This document shows positions 42,409 through 54,989 of a stretch of DNA of 64,000 nt, one piece after another. The translations under genes and the position numbers were made by a program. The stretch is from Eledone cirrhosa (taxonomy: Eukaryota), in contig OZ024759.1 of the NCBI GenBank assembly GCA_964016885.1, positions 19,778,001 to 19,842,000 on the forward strand. The letters are read 5' to 3'. The notes under the pieces were generated by a model, which did not search any database, had not been told where the DNA came from, and saw only the letters and a program-made list of their open reading frames with translations. Positions within the stretch are counted from its first letter, which is position 1; every line of letters begins with the position of its first letter.

Positions 42409-42569
42409 CATGTATATGCATACATTTGTATAAAAATATATATATATGTATGTGTTTTTGTGTGTGTATAAATAATGTATATATTTTTGTGCATATATTT
42501 ATATATGTGTATGTATGTATGTATATATATATATATATACACATACATACACATATACATACATGTGTG

Positions 42570-42611
<42 letters not shown>

Positions 42612-43239
42612 TACATATACATGTGACGGGGAGTTCCTGTAGTTAAACTCTGAATCCATTAGCAAATTACATTGGCTTGCACTACAAATACTACAAATAC
42701 TACACTACATAGAAAATATAAAACCTTCTCCTCTATCTGAAGGATTTAAAAACTCCATAACAAAAGACAACCCCATCAAACCCCAGCCCTTTCTCTGCTC
42801 TCTTTTCTCTCTCTGCTGGGGAGCCTACTCAACATTGTGTATGGATTCTACAGGATTAGATGAATATTCTGTACCACACTAGGATTAAATAAATATGTCT
42901 AAGAAGAAAAGTGTCGGAGAGAGTTTAATTAAAACTTGAAGAATCTTAAGTTTGATTTTTAGATATTGAAATTGGAGAATTGGAATAGGACTAAATAGCC
43001 TGAGGAATTTAGTGGAAAATTGTGCAGGGATTCAACGGGATTAGATGAATATGTCTGAAATGGGGTGGGAGGAATTAATTAAAAACTACAAGTGTTGGTG
43101 GAGAAGTTCATAGACTGACCAAGATACTCTCATGGACTGACCAAATGAGGTTTATTTTTCAACATATGGCAAATAAAAAATAGACACACATATGGACAGA
43201 CATATACACATATGTCAGAAGCAATCATTGCATCCTCAA

Positions 43240-43430
43240 GTAATGCCAACTAAGCTTATGGATGTTATCCAACCATCTTTTTCGTGCTCTACCTCTGGAT
43301 CTCTTGCCAGTTGGTTTTGTCCATAAAATCTGTCCAGCGATTCTTTCCTTAGACATTCTTCTAATCATATGTCCATAGAATTAGAACTACGATCTTTCAA
43401 TTCAGAGAAGTAGTGGCTCTACCTGGAAGA
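43240..43430 (-). pseudogene. Decayed RTE 3' coding remnant
   Basis: Minus strand reads VEPLLL*IERS..YGHMIRRMSKERIAGQILWTKPTGKRSRGRARKRWLDNI. Confidence 0.7.
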
Positions 43431-43469
43431 ATACTCTCCTTTCTATGCTACACACCATATCGTGTATTG

Positions 43470-45235
43470 TTATAATATTTTTGTAAGAACTTTTATTAAA
43501 TTATGTTTCAAACACCAGCTTAAGCAATATTGTAAAGAATGGGTTAAAATGTTTATATTTTTCTGAAAAGCTTGCATCATAATTTTATTGTAAGAACCTT
43601 TATTAAGTTATGTTCCAAACACCAGATTACTAATAAATAAGTTAATTTATATTTCTAAAGCCTTCCACATGCTTGATTATTTTCAAAATTATATGAACAT
43701 TTTAGGTAGCGTTTTCATTAGAGATATGGTAATTAAATAATTAATATGCATATATTTATATAATGTGTATATATTTATCTAAAGACCTCCCATCATCATT
43801 TTACATCAGAAATTTTGTCATGTTCCAATAACAATTTAATAATAATTTCTTTATTGGCCATAGGGCTGAAACACCAACTTAATAATGAGAAAGTTTGCTT
43901 TATTCCTAAATCTCTCCAAATTCTTGATTATTTTCATTAGAAATATGGCAAGGAAAGGGTTAAAGTGTTTACATTTATCTAAGAACTTTTGTCATATTCC
44001 AAACACTAACTTAATTATAAGAAAGTTAGTTAGATTACTAAATACCTCTACATTTTTAATTATTTTCAAAATTATTCAAAAACCATATAAATTTGGTAAT
44101 AAATGTTTACGGACCTTTTTGTTAACTTACCAACTCTTCTACACTACATAGTTGTTTATTTTATATTTATCTAAAAACCTTCCATCATAATTTTATATAA
44201 GAGTGCTTGCCATGTTCTCAACACTAACTTAATAATGAGAAACTTAGTTATATTACTAAAAACCTCCACATTGTTAATTATTTTCAAAATTATTCAACAA
44301 CCGCAGGCAGTGTCTTTCCTTAGAAATATGGTAATGAATATGTATGAACTCTTTTGCCTTCTTACCAACCCTGTTTCTATAATATATAGCTGTTTATTTT
44401 AACCCTTTAGCATTTAAACCGGCCATATCTGGCCAAAATTCTCTCACCTCTTTCTGTTCAAACCAGCCACAACTGGCCACTCATACTAATGTTAAGGTAT
44501 TGTTCTCAAAATAAATAATTGTTTCTACTTTTGGCACAAGGCCAGCAATTATTCCAGTGCATAACTGGTACTTTATTTTATCGACCCCATAAGGATGAAA
44601 GACAAAGTTAACTTCGGCAGGATTTGAACACAGATCATAAAGGGCCGTAAATCTATGCTGCAAAGCATGGCGCCCCACTTTCTACCGATACTGACAATCC
44701 ACCACCCTTCTCAAAATAAATATCAAAGTCTCGTAGATTCAATATTATTTGAGATAATCTCGTAGATTCAATATTATTTGAGATAATCTCGTAGATTCAA
44801 TATTATTTGAGATAATCTCGTAGATTCAATATTATTTAAGATAATCTCGTAGATTCAATATTATTTAAGATAATCTCGTAGATTCAATATTATTTAAGAT
44901 AATTATGTGAAATAAAGTGTTTTCCGTGAAAATACAATAGTATATATAGAGTAATGTAAATGCTAAACGGTTAAAGGGTTTATATTTATCTAAAAACTTA
45001 CTATCATAATTTTGTATTGGGATTTTTTTTATTATGTTCCGAACACCAACTTAATGAGAAAGTTAGTTACTTTCCAAAATCCTTCGAAATTCTTGATTGT
45101 TTTCTTTAGAAATATGCTAACGAGCGTTCAAGTGTTTATATTTATCTAAAAACTTGCCATCATTAATTTATATAATTTATATAAAACGTATTATGTTCCA
45201 AACACCAACTTAATTATGAAAAACTTAGTAATAAT
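43470..45235. repeat. Degenerate AT-rich tandem module (about 190 bp) with nested MITE/SINE and a 29-bp x6 repeat at about 44748-44905
   Basis: Recurring gtttatatttatctaa..gttccaaacacca..attttcaaaattat..; some units end in aagggttaa. Confidence 0.65.
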
Positions 45236-46332
45236 AATAATATAGGCACAAGGCCAGAAATTTTGGGGGATGGAAAAGTTGATTAAATCGCCTCTAGTGC
45301 ATTACTGGTACCTTATTTTATCGAACCCCCTTAAGGCTGAAAAGACCAAGTTAATCTTGGCATAATAATATTGTTTCTACTTTTGGCACAAGGCCAGCAA
45401 TTACCCAGTACATTACTGGTCCTCACTGACAGAATAGGTGATACATTGCTTCCCAGAGGACAGCCTGGGAGACACACTGGAACAGCCACCCACCTCGCGG
45501 GATTCACACCTGCGGCCATTGTTGATTATTTTCAAAATTATTTGGAAATCTTAAGCAGTGTCTTTATTTGATTAGAAACATGGCAATGAAATAGTTAAAA
45601 AGTATGAAATGGTTAACCCTTTAACATTTACATTACTCTGCCGAGGTTAACTTTGCCTTTCATCCTTATGGGGTCGATAAAATAAAGTACCAGTAATACA
45701 CTGGGATAATTGCTGGCCTTGTGCCAAAAGTAGAAACAATTATTCTATATATACTATTATATTTTTGTGGTAAAGGCTTTACTTCACATAATATCTCGCA
45801 TAATATAAAATCTACGAGATTTTGGTAATATTTATTTTGAGAACAATACCGTAACATCACTACCACTACTCCCCGATCCCCATCATCACCACCCCCTTTC
45901 GATGTAAAGTTATGTTGGTACCACAACATCCACTCCTAAATAAATAAGGCCGTGAAGGTGTCACGACAAAAAAAACACACAGTCCACACTGTAATGTGGC
46001 CGTGTAGGTAACATGGTAAAAACCTCCCAGTCCACACTGCAAACATGGTTGGTGTTAGGAAGGGCATCCAGCCGTAGAAAACCCGCCAGACAGTCCTATA
46101 TGAGCAAGACAACTAATGTTGCTTCACGTGGGACAATTCCCGTCTAAACCCATGCTAGCGTGGAAGATAGACGTTAAATGACGATGATGATGATGATGTA
46201 GATATGTATATATATGTATATGTGTATATATATATATATGTGTATATATATATATGTGTATATATATATATGTGTATATATATATATATATATATGGGTG
46301 TATATATATATATGTGTGTGTATATATATATA

Positions 46333-46381
<49 letters not shown>

Positions 46382-46416
46382 ATATATATATGTGTGTGTA
46401 TATATATATATATGTA

Positions 46417-46463
<47 letters not shown>

Positions 46464-46466
46464 GTT

Positions 46467-46499
<33 letters not shown>

Positions 46500-46502
46500 G
46501 TT

Positions 46503-46561
<59 letters not shown>

Positions 46562-46574
46562 GTATATATATATG

Positions 46575-46607
<33 letters not shown>

Positions 46608-46638
46608 GTATATATATATGTATATATGTTTATATATG

Positions 46639-46671
<33 letters not shown>

Positions 46672-46712
46672 GTATATATATATGTATATATGTTTATATA
46701 TGTATATATGTT

Positions 46713-46777
<65 letters not shown>

Positions 46778-46788
46778 GTATATATGTT

Positions 46789-46825
<37 letters not shown>

Positions 46826-46915
46826 ATATGTTTATATATATATATATGTATATATGTTTATATATATATATATGTATATATGTATATATGTTTATATATA
46901 TATATATGTATATAT

Positions 46916-46955
<40 letters not shown>

Positions 46956-47003
46956 GTTTATATATATATATATGTATATATGTGTATATATATGTATATA
47001 TGT

Positions 47004-47053
<50 letters not shown>

Positions 47054-47134
47054 GTTTATATATATATATATGTATATATGTGTATATATATGTATATATG
47101 TGTGTATATATGTATATATATATATATATATGTG

Positions 47135-47247
47135 TGTAATAATATTGCCAGAATTAATAACAGAACACACTCACTGTTTGGTTGGTTTTCACTTCTGTGT
47201 CTTAACTGTGAGTGAGTTCTGTTATTAATTCTGGCAATATTATTACA
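47135..47247. repeat. Inverted repeat, about 40-bp arms with about 30-bp spacer
   Basis: tgtaataatattgccagaattaataacagaac..ctcac / gtgag..gttctgttattaattctggcaatattattaca. Confidence 0.85.
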
Positions 47248-47392
47248 ACAATATGACCCTCCCCAAGTATAACAATGTATATATATATATATGTATATAT
47301 ATATCCAAAATTAAAATTAAGGGTTGTCATATCTGAGAGACATGCGCCATATCCACCGTAGAATAAGCTCAAAGATTAGATCCGAGCATTAC

Positions 47393-47722
47393 ATATCAAC
47401 TAGAAATAGATTGACAAATATATATATAAAATAAATACATGAAACAATCACAGGGAATAATTTGTAAAGAATGTAGGCACACATAGCTAGGTAGGTAACT
47501 AATTAAAGTTTAACTAGAACTTCAAATATAGATACCTTTTAAAATGATTAATCTTTATAAAGATTAATCATTTTAAAAGGTATCTATATTTGAAGTTCTA
47601 GTTAAACTTTAATTAGTTACCTACCTAGCTATGTGTGCCTACATTCTTTACAAATTATTCCCTGTGATTGTTTCATGTATTTATTTTATATATATATATG
47701 TCAATCTATTTCTAGTTGATAT
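47393..47722. repeat. 330-bp near-perfect spacerless palindrome (165-bp arms)
   Basis: Centre ttta|taaa at 47557/47558; one mismatch seen; right arm ends in (TA)n, left arm continues about 90 bp to (TA)n. Confidence 0.92.
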
Positions 47723-48005
47723 ATATATATACATATATGTGTGTATTTATGTATATATGTGTATTTATGTATATATGTGTATTTATGTATATATGTGTAT
47801 ATATATATATATGTGTATATATATATGTGTGTATATATATGTGTGTATATATATGTGTGTATATATATATGTATGTATACATATATATATATATACACAT
47901 ATACATATATATATACACATATATATACACATATATATATACACATATGTATATATATATATATAAATATGTATATATATATATATACACATATATATAT
48001 ATATA

Positions 48006-50309
48006 TGCACCTGTCCAAGTCCCAGATTGATTTCATTCTGGTGAGGAAAAAGTGGCGGAATAGTGTTCTGAACACGGAACCATACAGCTATTTCAGTACA
48101 CTGGGTAGTGACCACTGGCTTGTTATGAGTGAGGTCCGCGTGAGCTTAAGAAAGAGCAAGGCTCAGCCCTGGAGAACAATCTATGACTGGGGAGCTTTCA
48201 AGGAAGATGATAAGCTGCAGGAGAGGTTCACAGTGGAAGTGAGAAACAGGTTTAGTGCTCTGTGTGGAGAGTCAGAGGAGAGAGAGATTGGATGGACTGA
48301 GGAGAGTGTGATGAGGAGGTACGGGCACTTCACCAATGCAGTGGCGAAAGCAAGTGAAACCCTGGTGCCGAGGAAAAAGAACAAAGGGAAGCACGTCAGC
48401 TCTGCAAACCCAAAAGTGTGTGCAGCCAGAGAACACCTGAAAGCTGCCAGGGACCAATTCTATGCTGATCCTACGGAGGAGAGGATGGAGACTGTGGAGG
48501 TGATGAGGGAAGAGCTCTGTACCGCTTACACTGAGGTCAGAGAGGAGCTGATAGAGAAGATCAGAAGTGTGGAGAGAGCGGTTGACAGATCTGGATGTAA
48601 GGAGAGCTGGATGATCATCAACGAGATCACAGGGAGGAAGAAAAGGTGTTCGAGTCAGATCCAGGGAACGGGGCCCGAGGATAGGAAGAGGAAATGGCTA
48701 GACCATTTTAGGACCCTACTAAGAGAGCCACCCTCCACTGCCCAGAGCACTGGGGAGATCAGGCGGCTGTTTGAGGAACTGGATGTTGAGACAGCCCTTC
48801 ACCAGAGAGGAGCTTCAGAGAGCCAAGAAGAAGATCAAGGAGGGCAAGGCTCATGGAGAAGATGGAGTGGCATCAGAGGTGATGAAGAGGTGTGATTTTG
48901 ATGATATCATCCTGGGGTTCTGTAACGGGGCACTGGAGAAAGGAGTTGCCCCGAATCAGTGGAGGATCAGTAACATCGTCCCAGTGCCAAAGAAGGGAGA
49001 TCTCTCTAACACCAACAACTACCGGGGGATCTCACTGACGTCACTTGTGGCAAAGACCCTCAACAGGATGATTCTTAACAGGATCCAGCCTGAGATGGAG
49101 AAGAAGCTCAGGGACAACCAGAACGGCTTCAGAGAGGGTAGATCAACCACCAGTCACATCCTGATGCTGAGGAGGATATTAGAGGGAGCTAGAGCAAAGT
49201 GCCTTCCTGCGGTCATGGTTTTCATTGACTTTAGGAAGGCCTTTGATTCTGTGGACCGTTACTGCCTGATGAATATCTTACAGGCTTATGGAATCCCCAA
49301 GAGGATAGTGGACCTGATATCACTGCTCTACACCAACACCAAAGCCCAAGTCATTACACCTGATGGGATGACAGAGTTCTTTGAGATACTGGCTGGAGTG
49401 CTCCAGGGAGATACGTTGGCTCCCTACCTTTTTATCATCGTAGTGGACTATTGTATGTGCCTTGCACTGGAGAAACACCAGGACACTGGCTTTACTGTAG
49501 CACCGGCTCAGAGCAGGAGAGTTGGGGCGAAAAAGGTATCGGATACTGAATTTGCCGATGACATAGTTTTGGTGACAAATACAGTGAAGGAGGCAGAGGA
49601 TTTGATGCGGGAGGTTGAGACTGTGTCGATGAGTGTGGGGCTGAGAATGAATGAGACTAAAACAAAATATCTGGTAGAGAATGTTGAGAAGCCAGAGGGG
49701 ATCACTAATGTAGGAGGGAAGCCGCTGGAATTGGTTGAGGACTTCCTGTATTTGGGAGCAAAGATTGGGAATACGGAAGATGATGTGGTTGAGAGGAAGA
49801 GCAAGGCCTGGGCGGCGTGTCACAGCTTGAGATCGGTGTGGAAGTTGGACCTTCGTAGAGACCTGAAAATCCGCCTCTTCATTGCTGTAGTGGAGTCTGT
49901 GCTGCTGTATGGGTCTGAGACTTGGACACTGACCAAGAGACTCACTCAGATGGTGGATGGGTGCTACACGAGAATGCTGAAGATGGCTCTGAACATTAAT
50001 CAGTATACACTGAGGATGAAAAACTCAGAGCTGTATGGGAGCATCCCAAAAGTCAGCTCAAAAGTGACACAGAGGAGACTGAGGTTGGCTGGACATGCTC
50101 ACCGACATCCAGAGTTGACATTGCACTCAGTGCTCCTTTGGGAGCCCCTACATGGACACACTGGAAGAGGAAGACCAAGGTTAACATATGTTGATGCCCT
50201 AAGGACAGACACTGGTCTGTTGGAGATGCAGGATATGGCAGCGATAATGAGGGACAGAGACCGCTGGAGAGAACTCGTCCATGGATCTCGGGAATTTTAC
50301 CCGCCTTAG
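48006..50309 (+). mobile_element. 5'-truncated non-LTR retrotransposon, RTE/RTEX group
   Basis: APE endonuclease C-terminus ([12 protein letters not shown]) followed by RT (NYRGISL, QNGFR, FIDFRKAFDSV, GVLQGDTLAPYLF, FADD, LLYGSETW); one frameshift near 48790; embedded in (TA)n. Confidence 0.95.
48771..50309 (+). pseudogene. Reverse transcriptase portion of the LINE ORF (intact RT domain, upstream frameshift)
   Basis: 512-aa open frame with the non-LTR RT motifs; endonuclease/linker lies in a different frame. Confidence 0.9.
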
Positions 50310-50678
50310 ATAGATATATATATATATATATATGATTATATATATGGTATATATATATATATATATATATGTGTATATATATGTATATATATATGTATAT
50401 ATATATATGTATACACATATATATACACATATACATACATACTGTTGTACTTTCAAACATATGTAGCAGCTGATAGTTGTAAAAATATACATACATACAT
50501 ACATACCTACATACATACATACATACATACATATACACTTTCATGCATATGTACATTCATACATACATAACTTATATTTGTAAAAACATACATATTTACA
50601 TACATACCTTTATGCACATATACGAATATAACTGAAAACATACAGATACACACACACATACATACACACATACATACA

Positions 50679-51287
50679 TGGTGGCTGCCAACTCGTTTTC
50701 GAGTACGGCCACTACTTTATATCCATGTAGGAGAACCCCTACTGATGCGCTGAACGAGTGTGACTTTTTAGTCCAGCCAGCGACTTGAAAACTCTGGAAC
50801 AAACACTACACTTGTGACAATTATTGACACATAGTGCTGGGCCCATGGTACCATGTGACGACAAGTGCAGAGAGATCTCCAGATATAAAGCAATGCCTGT
50901 GTGTGAAGCTTTTATAGTGAGCAAAGGCACTGCACAAAGCCAGTCCCACTCTCTTAACCAAGATGATATTTACCAAAAAGAAGAACAAGTCAACATCATT
51001 GGATACCATCAGGGTTGCAGGTGTTATATCAGAGTTTTCCTTCTCCTAGAATTCTGCCTTGACAAAGGCTAAGGGGTCATCTCTCCCGGTGATTTTGGAT
51101 GGCCATTGACTCTTAAGAGCTCCTTTGCCCTTTGACAGGTTTTGTTTTTAGTCCTGCAGGATGTCCAAAGTCACCCTCCTCACCAAGAAACCTTGGTGGG
51201 GTTGCCAGTTTAGTCGCCAACGACCCGACCATGAGACAGGTTGCACTGGGATACATGTTACCAGTAGCACCAACTGGTGACCTGACA
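50679..51287 (-). mobile_element. Bipartite RTE-derived non-autonomous element, longer copy
   Basis: Contains the 8440-8844 sequence plus about 200 bp further 5'; no RT; (TATG)n tail. Confidence 0.8.
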
Positions 51288-51553
51288 TATACATACATAC
51301 CTACCTATATACATACATACCCACATATATACATACATAGTTACACACACATGTATACATAGATAGTTACACACACATACATACATACATACATTCATAC
51401 ACATGTTTTTGCCTAGTTAAGGTTATATAAATTCCAACGAAAGAATTTTGTTTCTATATTAGAAACTGACTTTCTCTCTCTTCGTGAAAATGTATCAAAT
51501 AATAAAACCTGTCGAGTATATATACATATGCACATACAAACACACATACATAC

Positions 51554-51608
<55 letters not shown>

Positions 51609-51634
51609 CGTACATACACACACATATACATACA

Positions 51635-51677
<43 letters not shown>

Positions 51678-51693
51678 TTATACATACGTACAT

Positions 51694-51726
<33 letters not shown>

Positions 51727-51727
51727 C

Positions 51728-51763
<36 letters not shown>

Positions 51764-51987
51764 TTATACGTAAGTACATACACACACATATATATACGTA
51801 CGTACATACATATATATATATATATATATATACATTTATACGTACGTACATACACACACATATATATATATACATTTATACGTACCTACATACACATATA
51901 TATACGTACATACACACATATATATACATTTATATGTACGTACATACACACACACACATATATATATACATTTATACGTACGTACAT

Positions 51988-52029
<42 letters not shown>

Positions 52030-52399
52030 TTATACGTACGTACATACACAAATATATACATACATAGTTGCACACACATGTATACATTTCTACATACATG
52101 CATACTTACACACATATATATACATACATACATAGTTACACACACACACATGTATATATATACATACATACTTACACACATATAAACATACATACATACT
52201 TACACACATATATATATACACATACATACATACACACGCACATAGACACATGCATACATTCACACATGTATACATACACACATATACACATAGAAATAGA
52301 TATAACTTATAATGCATATATACATACATAAACATCTATATGAATACATATACACATACTTAACATACACACACATATATAATAAACATACATCCACAG

Positions 52400-52446
<47 letters not shown>

Positions 52447-52595
52447 CATACATATATATATATATACATATATATATATTTACAAAAATACGTATCTATC
52501 TACATATATATACATACATACATATATATATATACATATATATATATTTTTACATATATATATATATTTACATGCATACGTATCTATCTACATAC

Positions 52596-52644
<49 letters not shown>

Positions 52645-53600
52645 CATTTTTTTTTTTTACACATATATATATTTACATACATACGTATCTATCTACATAC
52701 ATATATATATACCTACATACACATACATACATATATATATATATCTACATACATAAATATAAACATACACACACATACATAACATACATCCACCTACACA
52801 CACACATACACACACATACACACACATACATACACAGACCAGATATAACAGATAATATAAAAACATAGTAAAATGGAGGAAAAAGTATAATTTTTTTCTA
52901 CCAAACAAGCAAGCAAACATAGATTGAGTTATGTTTAACAGGAAACTCAATGCCAGAGAGAAGATTAGAGGGATAAATTCTACATTAGATATTTTAAACA
53001 TATTTTACTGATTTAATATAATGAATTGTAAGTTAAGGGAGTTGATAGAAATCAGGGCTTAGAGAGGGAACATCAGGAAACTAAGCTCCGTATTTGTTTA
53101 TATATATATTTGTGTGTGTGTATGTGTTGGTAGGTGTGTGTGTGTATTTGTGTGTGTATGTATGTATGTATGTTTGTATATACATACATATATATGTATA
53201 TGTATGTATATGTATGTATATTTATGTAGATATGTATGTATATGTATGTCGATATATATATATGTATGTATGTATATGTATGTCGATATATGTATATGTA
53301 TGTCGATATATATATATATATATATGTATGTATATGTATGTCGATATATGTATATGTATGTCGATATATATATATATATATGTATGTATATGTATGTCGA
53401 TATATGTATATGTATGTCGATATATATATATATATATGTATGTATATGTATGTCGATATATGTAGATGTATGTCGATATATATAAATATATGTATGTAGA
53501 TATATATATATGTGTGTAGATATTTATATATATGTGTATGTAGACAAATATATATATATATATGTATGTATATGTATGTAGTAATATATATATATATATA

Positions 53601-53825
53601 CAATATATTAACAAATGGAAACTATATTTATAAAACCATATTTATTTCATTATACATATTTCAAGGGCCACCAAGATAAACTATGGTGCGCTTTCATCAG
53701 ATAAAATATAATATAGGTTAGTTTTATAAATAAATATTGACATACCCTTAAAAAATGCAACCATTCTGGTTGGAATCTACTGTTGAGTGCTTAATATCAG
53801 TTATAAAATATTTTGCTTGTTGTAT
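53601..53825 (-). mobile_element. Short hammerhead-bearing element, family B, copy 2
   Basis: Homologous to 40171-40345 and abuts (TA)n; right boundary approximate. Confidence 0.65.
53643..53708 (-). ncRNA. Type I hammerhead ribozyme (family B, copy 2)
   Basis: Minus: TATTTTAT-CTGATGA-AAGcGCACCA tagtttatct TGGTGgcCCTT-GAAA-TATGTA-TA^ATGAAATA. The stem I change keeps a G-U pair; loop II is diverged. Confidence 0.8.
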
Positions 53826-53882
53826 CCCAACAAATTAAATATAACCTCTACATATATATATATGTATGTATGTATATATAAA

Positions 53883-53941
<59 letters not shown>

Positions 53942-54246
53942 ATAGATATATATATGTATGTATATGTATGTAGATATATATATGTATGTATATGTATGTA
54001 GATATATATATGTATGTATATGTATGTAGATATATATATATGTATGTATATAGACATATATGTATGTATATATGTATGTATATGTATGTAGACATATATA
54101 TATGTATATATATATGTATGTAGATATATATCTATATCTATGTAGATATATATGTATGTATATGTGTATATGTATGTAGATATATATATATATATGTACA
54201 TGTATGTAGATATATATATATGTACATGTATGTAGATATATATATA

Positions 54247-54294
<48 letters not shown>

Positions 54295-54297
54295 AGG

Positions 54298-54410
54298 TAA
54301 GTTATTCCGGGTTGAATCGGAGTTAACCACAGTAAGTAAGGTACTCAATACATAGCATCCTGATGATTTCTAAAGAATGAAACAGTTCTAGTCCTGTAGA
54401 ATCTCATCTA
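54298..54410. mobile_element. Family C element with inversion; hammerhead on + strand at about 54355-54404
   Basis: Minus-strand tail (54298-54358) joined to plus-strand CTGATGA tttc taaa gaat GAAACAG ttctagtc CTGTA gaatc; stem I weakened at the junction. Confidence 0.7.
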
Positions 54411-54466
54411 TATATATATATATGTGAGTGTTTATTAATGTGTGTATGAATATATATATATATATA

Positions 54467-54658
54467 TAACGAAGGAAATGTGGTAAGGAACCAGATGGAC
54501 CATAACGCACCAAAGTACTCAATACTTAGGGTAGTAGAGTGGGTAATAGGAACGAGTAGGACCCCGATGGCTGAGCTCAAGCCGTTTCGACGGCTAATTC
54601 TGGACACAATTAGCTGTCGAAACGGCTTGAGCTCAGCCGTCGGGGTCCTACTCGTTCC

Positions 54659-54661
<3 letters not shown>
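54467..54661. mobile_element. Family D element, partial unit with the same terminal inversion
   Basis: Same start (taacgaagg), same turn point (aattctggac) and same inverted end (ttccta|tata) as 59376-60040; several substitutions. Confidence 0.85.
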
Positions 54662-54690
<29 letters not shown>

Positions 54691-54989
54691 AGTGTTTTTG
54701 TATGTCAATATGTATAAACAAAAATTTGGGCTGAGACAACATCAAAATGAACAAAACACAGACAGTAGTTCCATTTCATCAGTTAATCACCAGAGATAGA
54801 CTGTTTCAGTTGTTTAAGATTGATACAATTATCTCCAGTACACAAGATACAGTAACATATGGACATATGACTAGATGATAGTCTTTCAATAATTTACAAA
54901 TAAGATAAAATATGCTACTAACCAATGTATTGCAACTGAAAAGAAGAGATAGAGACGGGGGCTCAACATATTGATTAACCAAGAAGTAT

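Noticed and set aside
51203-51285. HDV-like ribozyme at the 5' end of the bipartite RTE element (ccagt..acc tgtctcat ggt..cgac-taa-actgg)
   Set aside because: P2/P3/P4-like pieces and CUAA are present but I cannot form P1 or P1.1; unsupported without a family consensus.
54770-54830. Isolated CTGATGA/CTGAAGA matches (also near 16571, 31547, 41187, 55997, 58186, 62498)
   Set aside because: No correctly placed GAAA or no pairable stems I and II.
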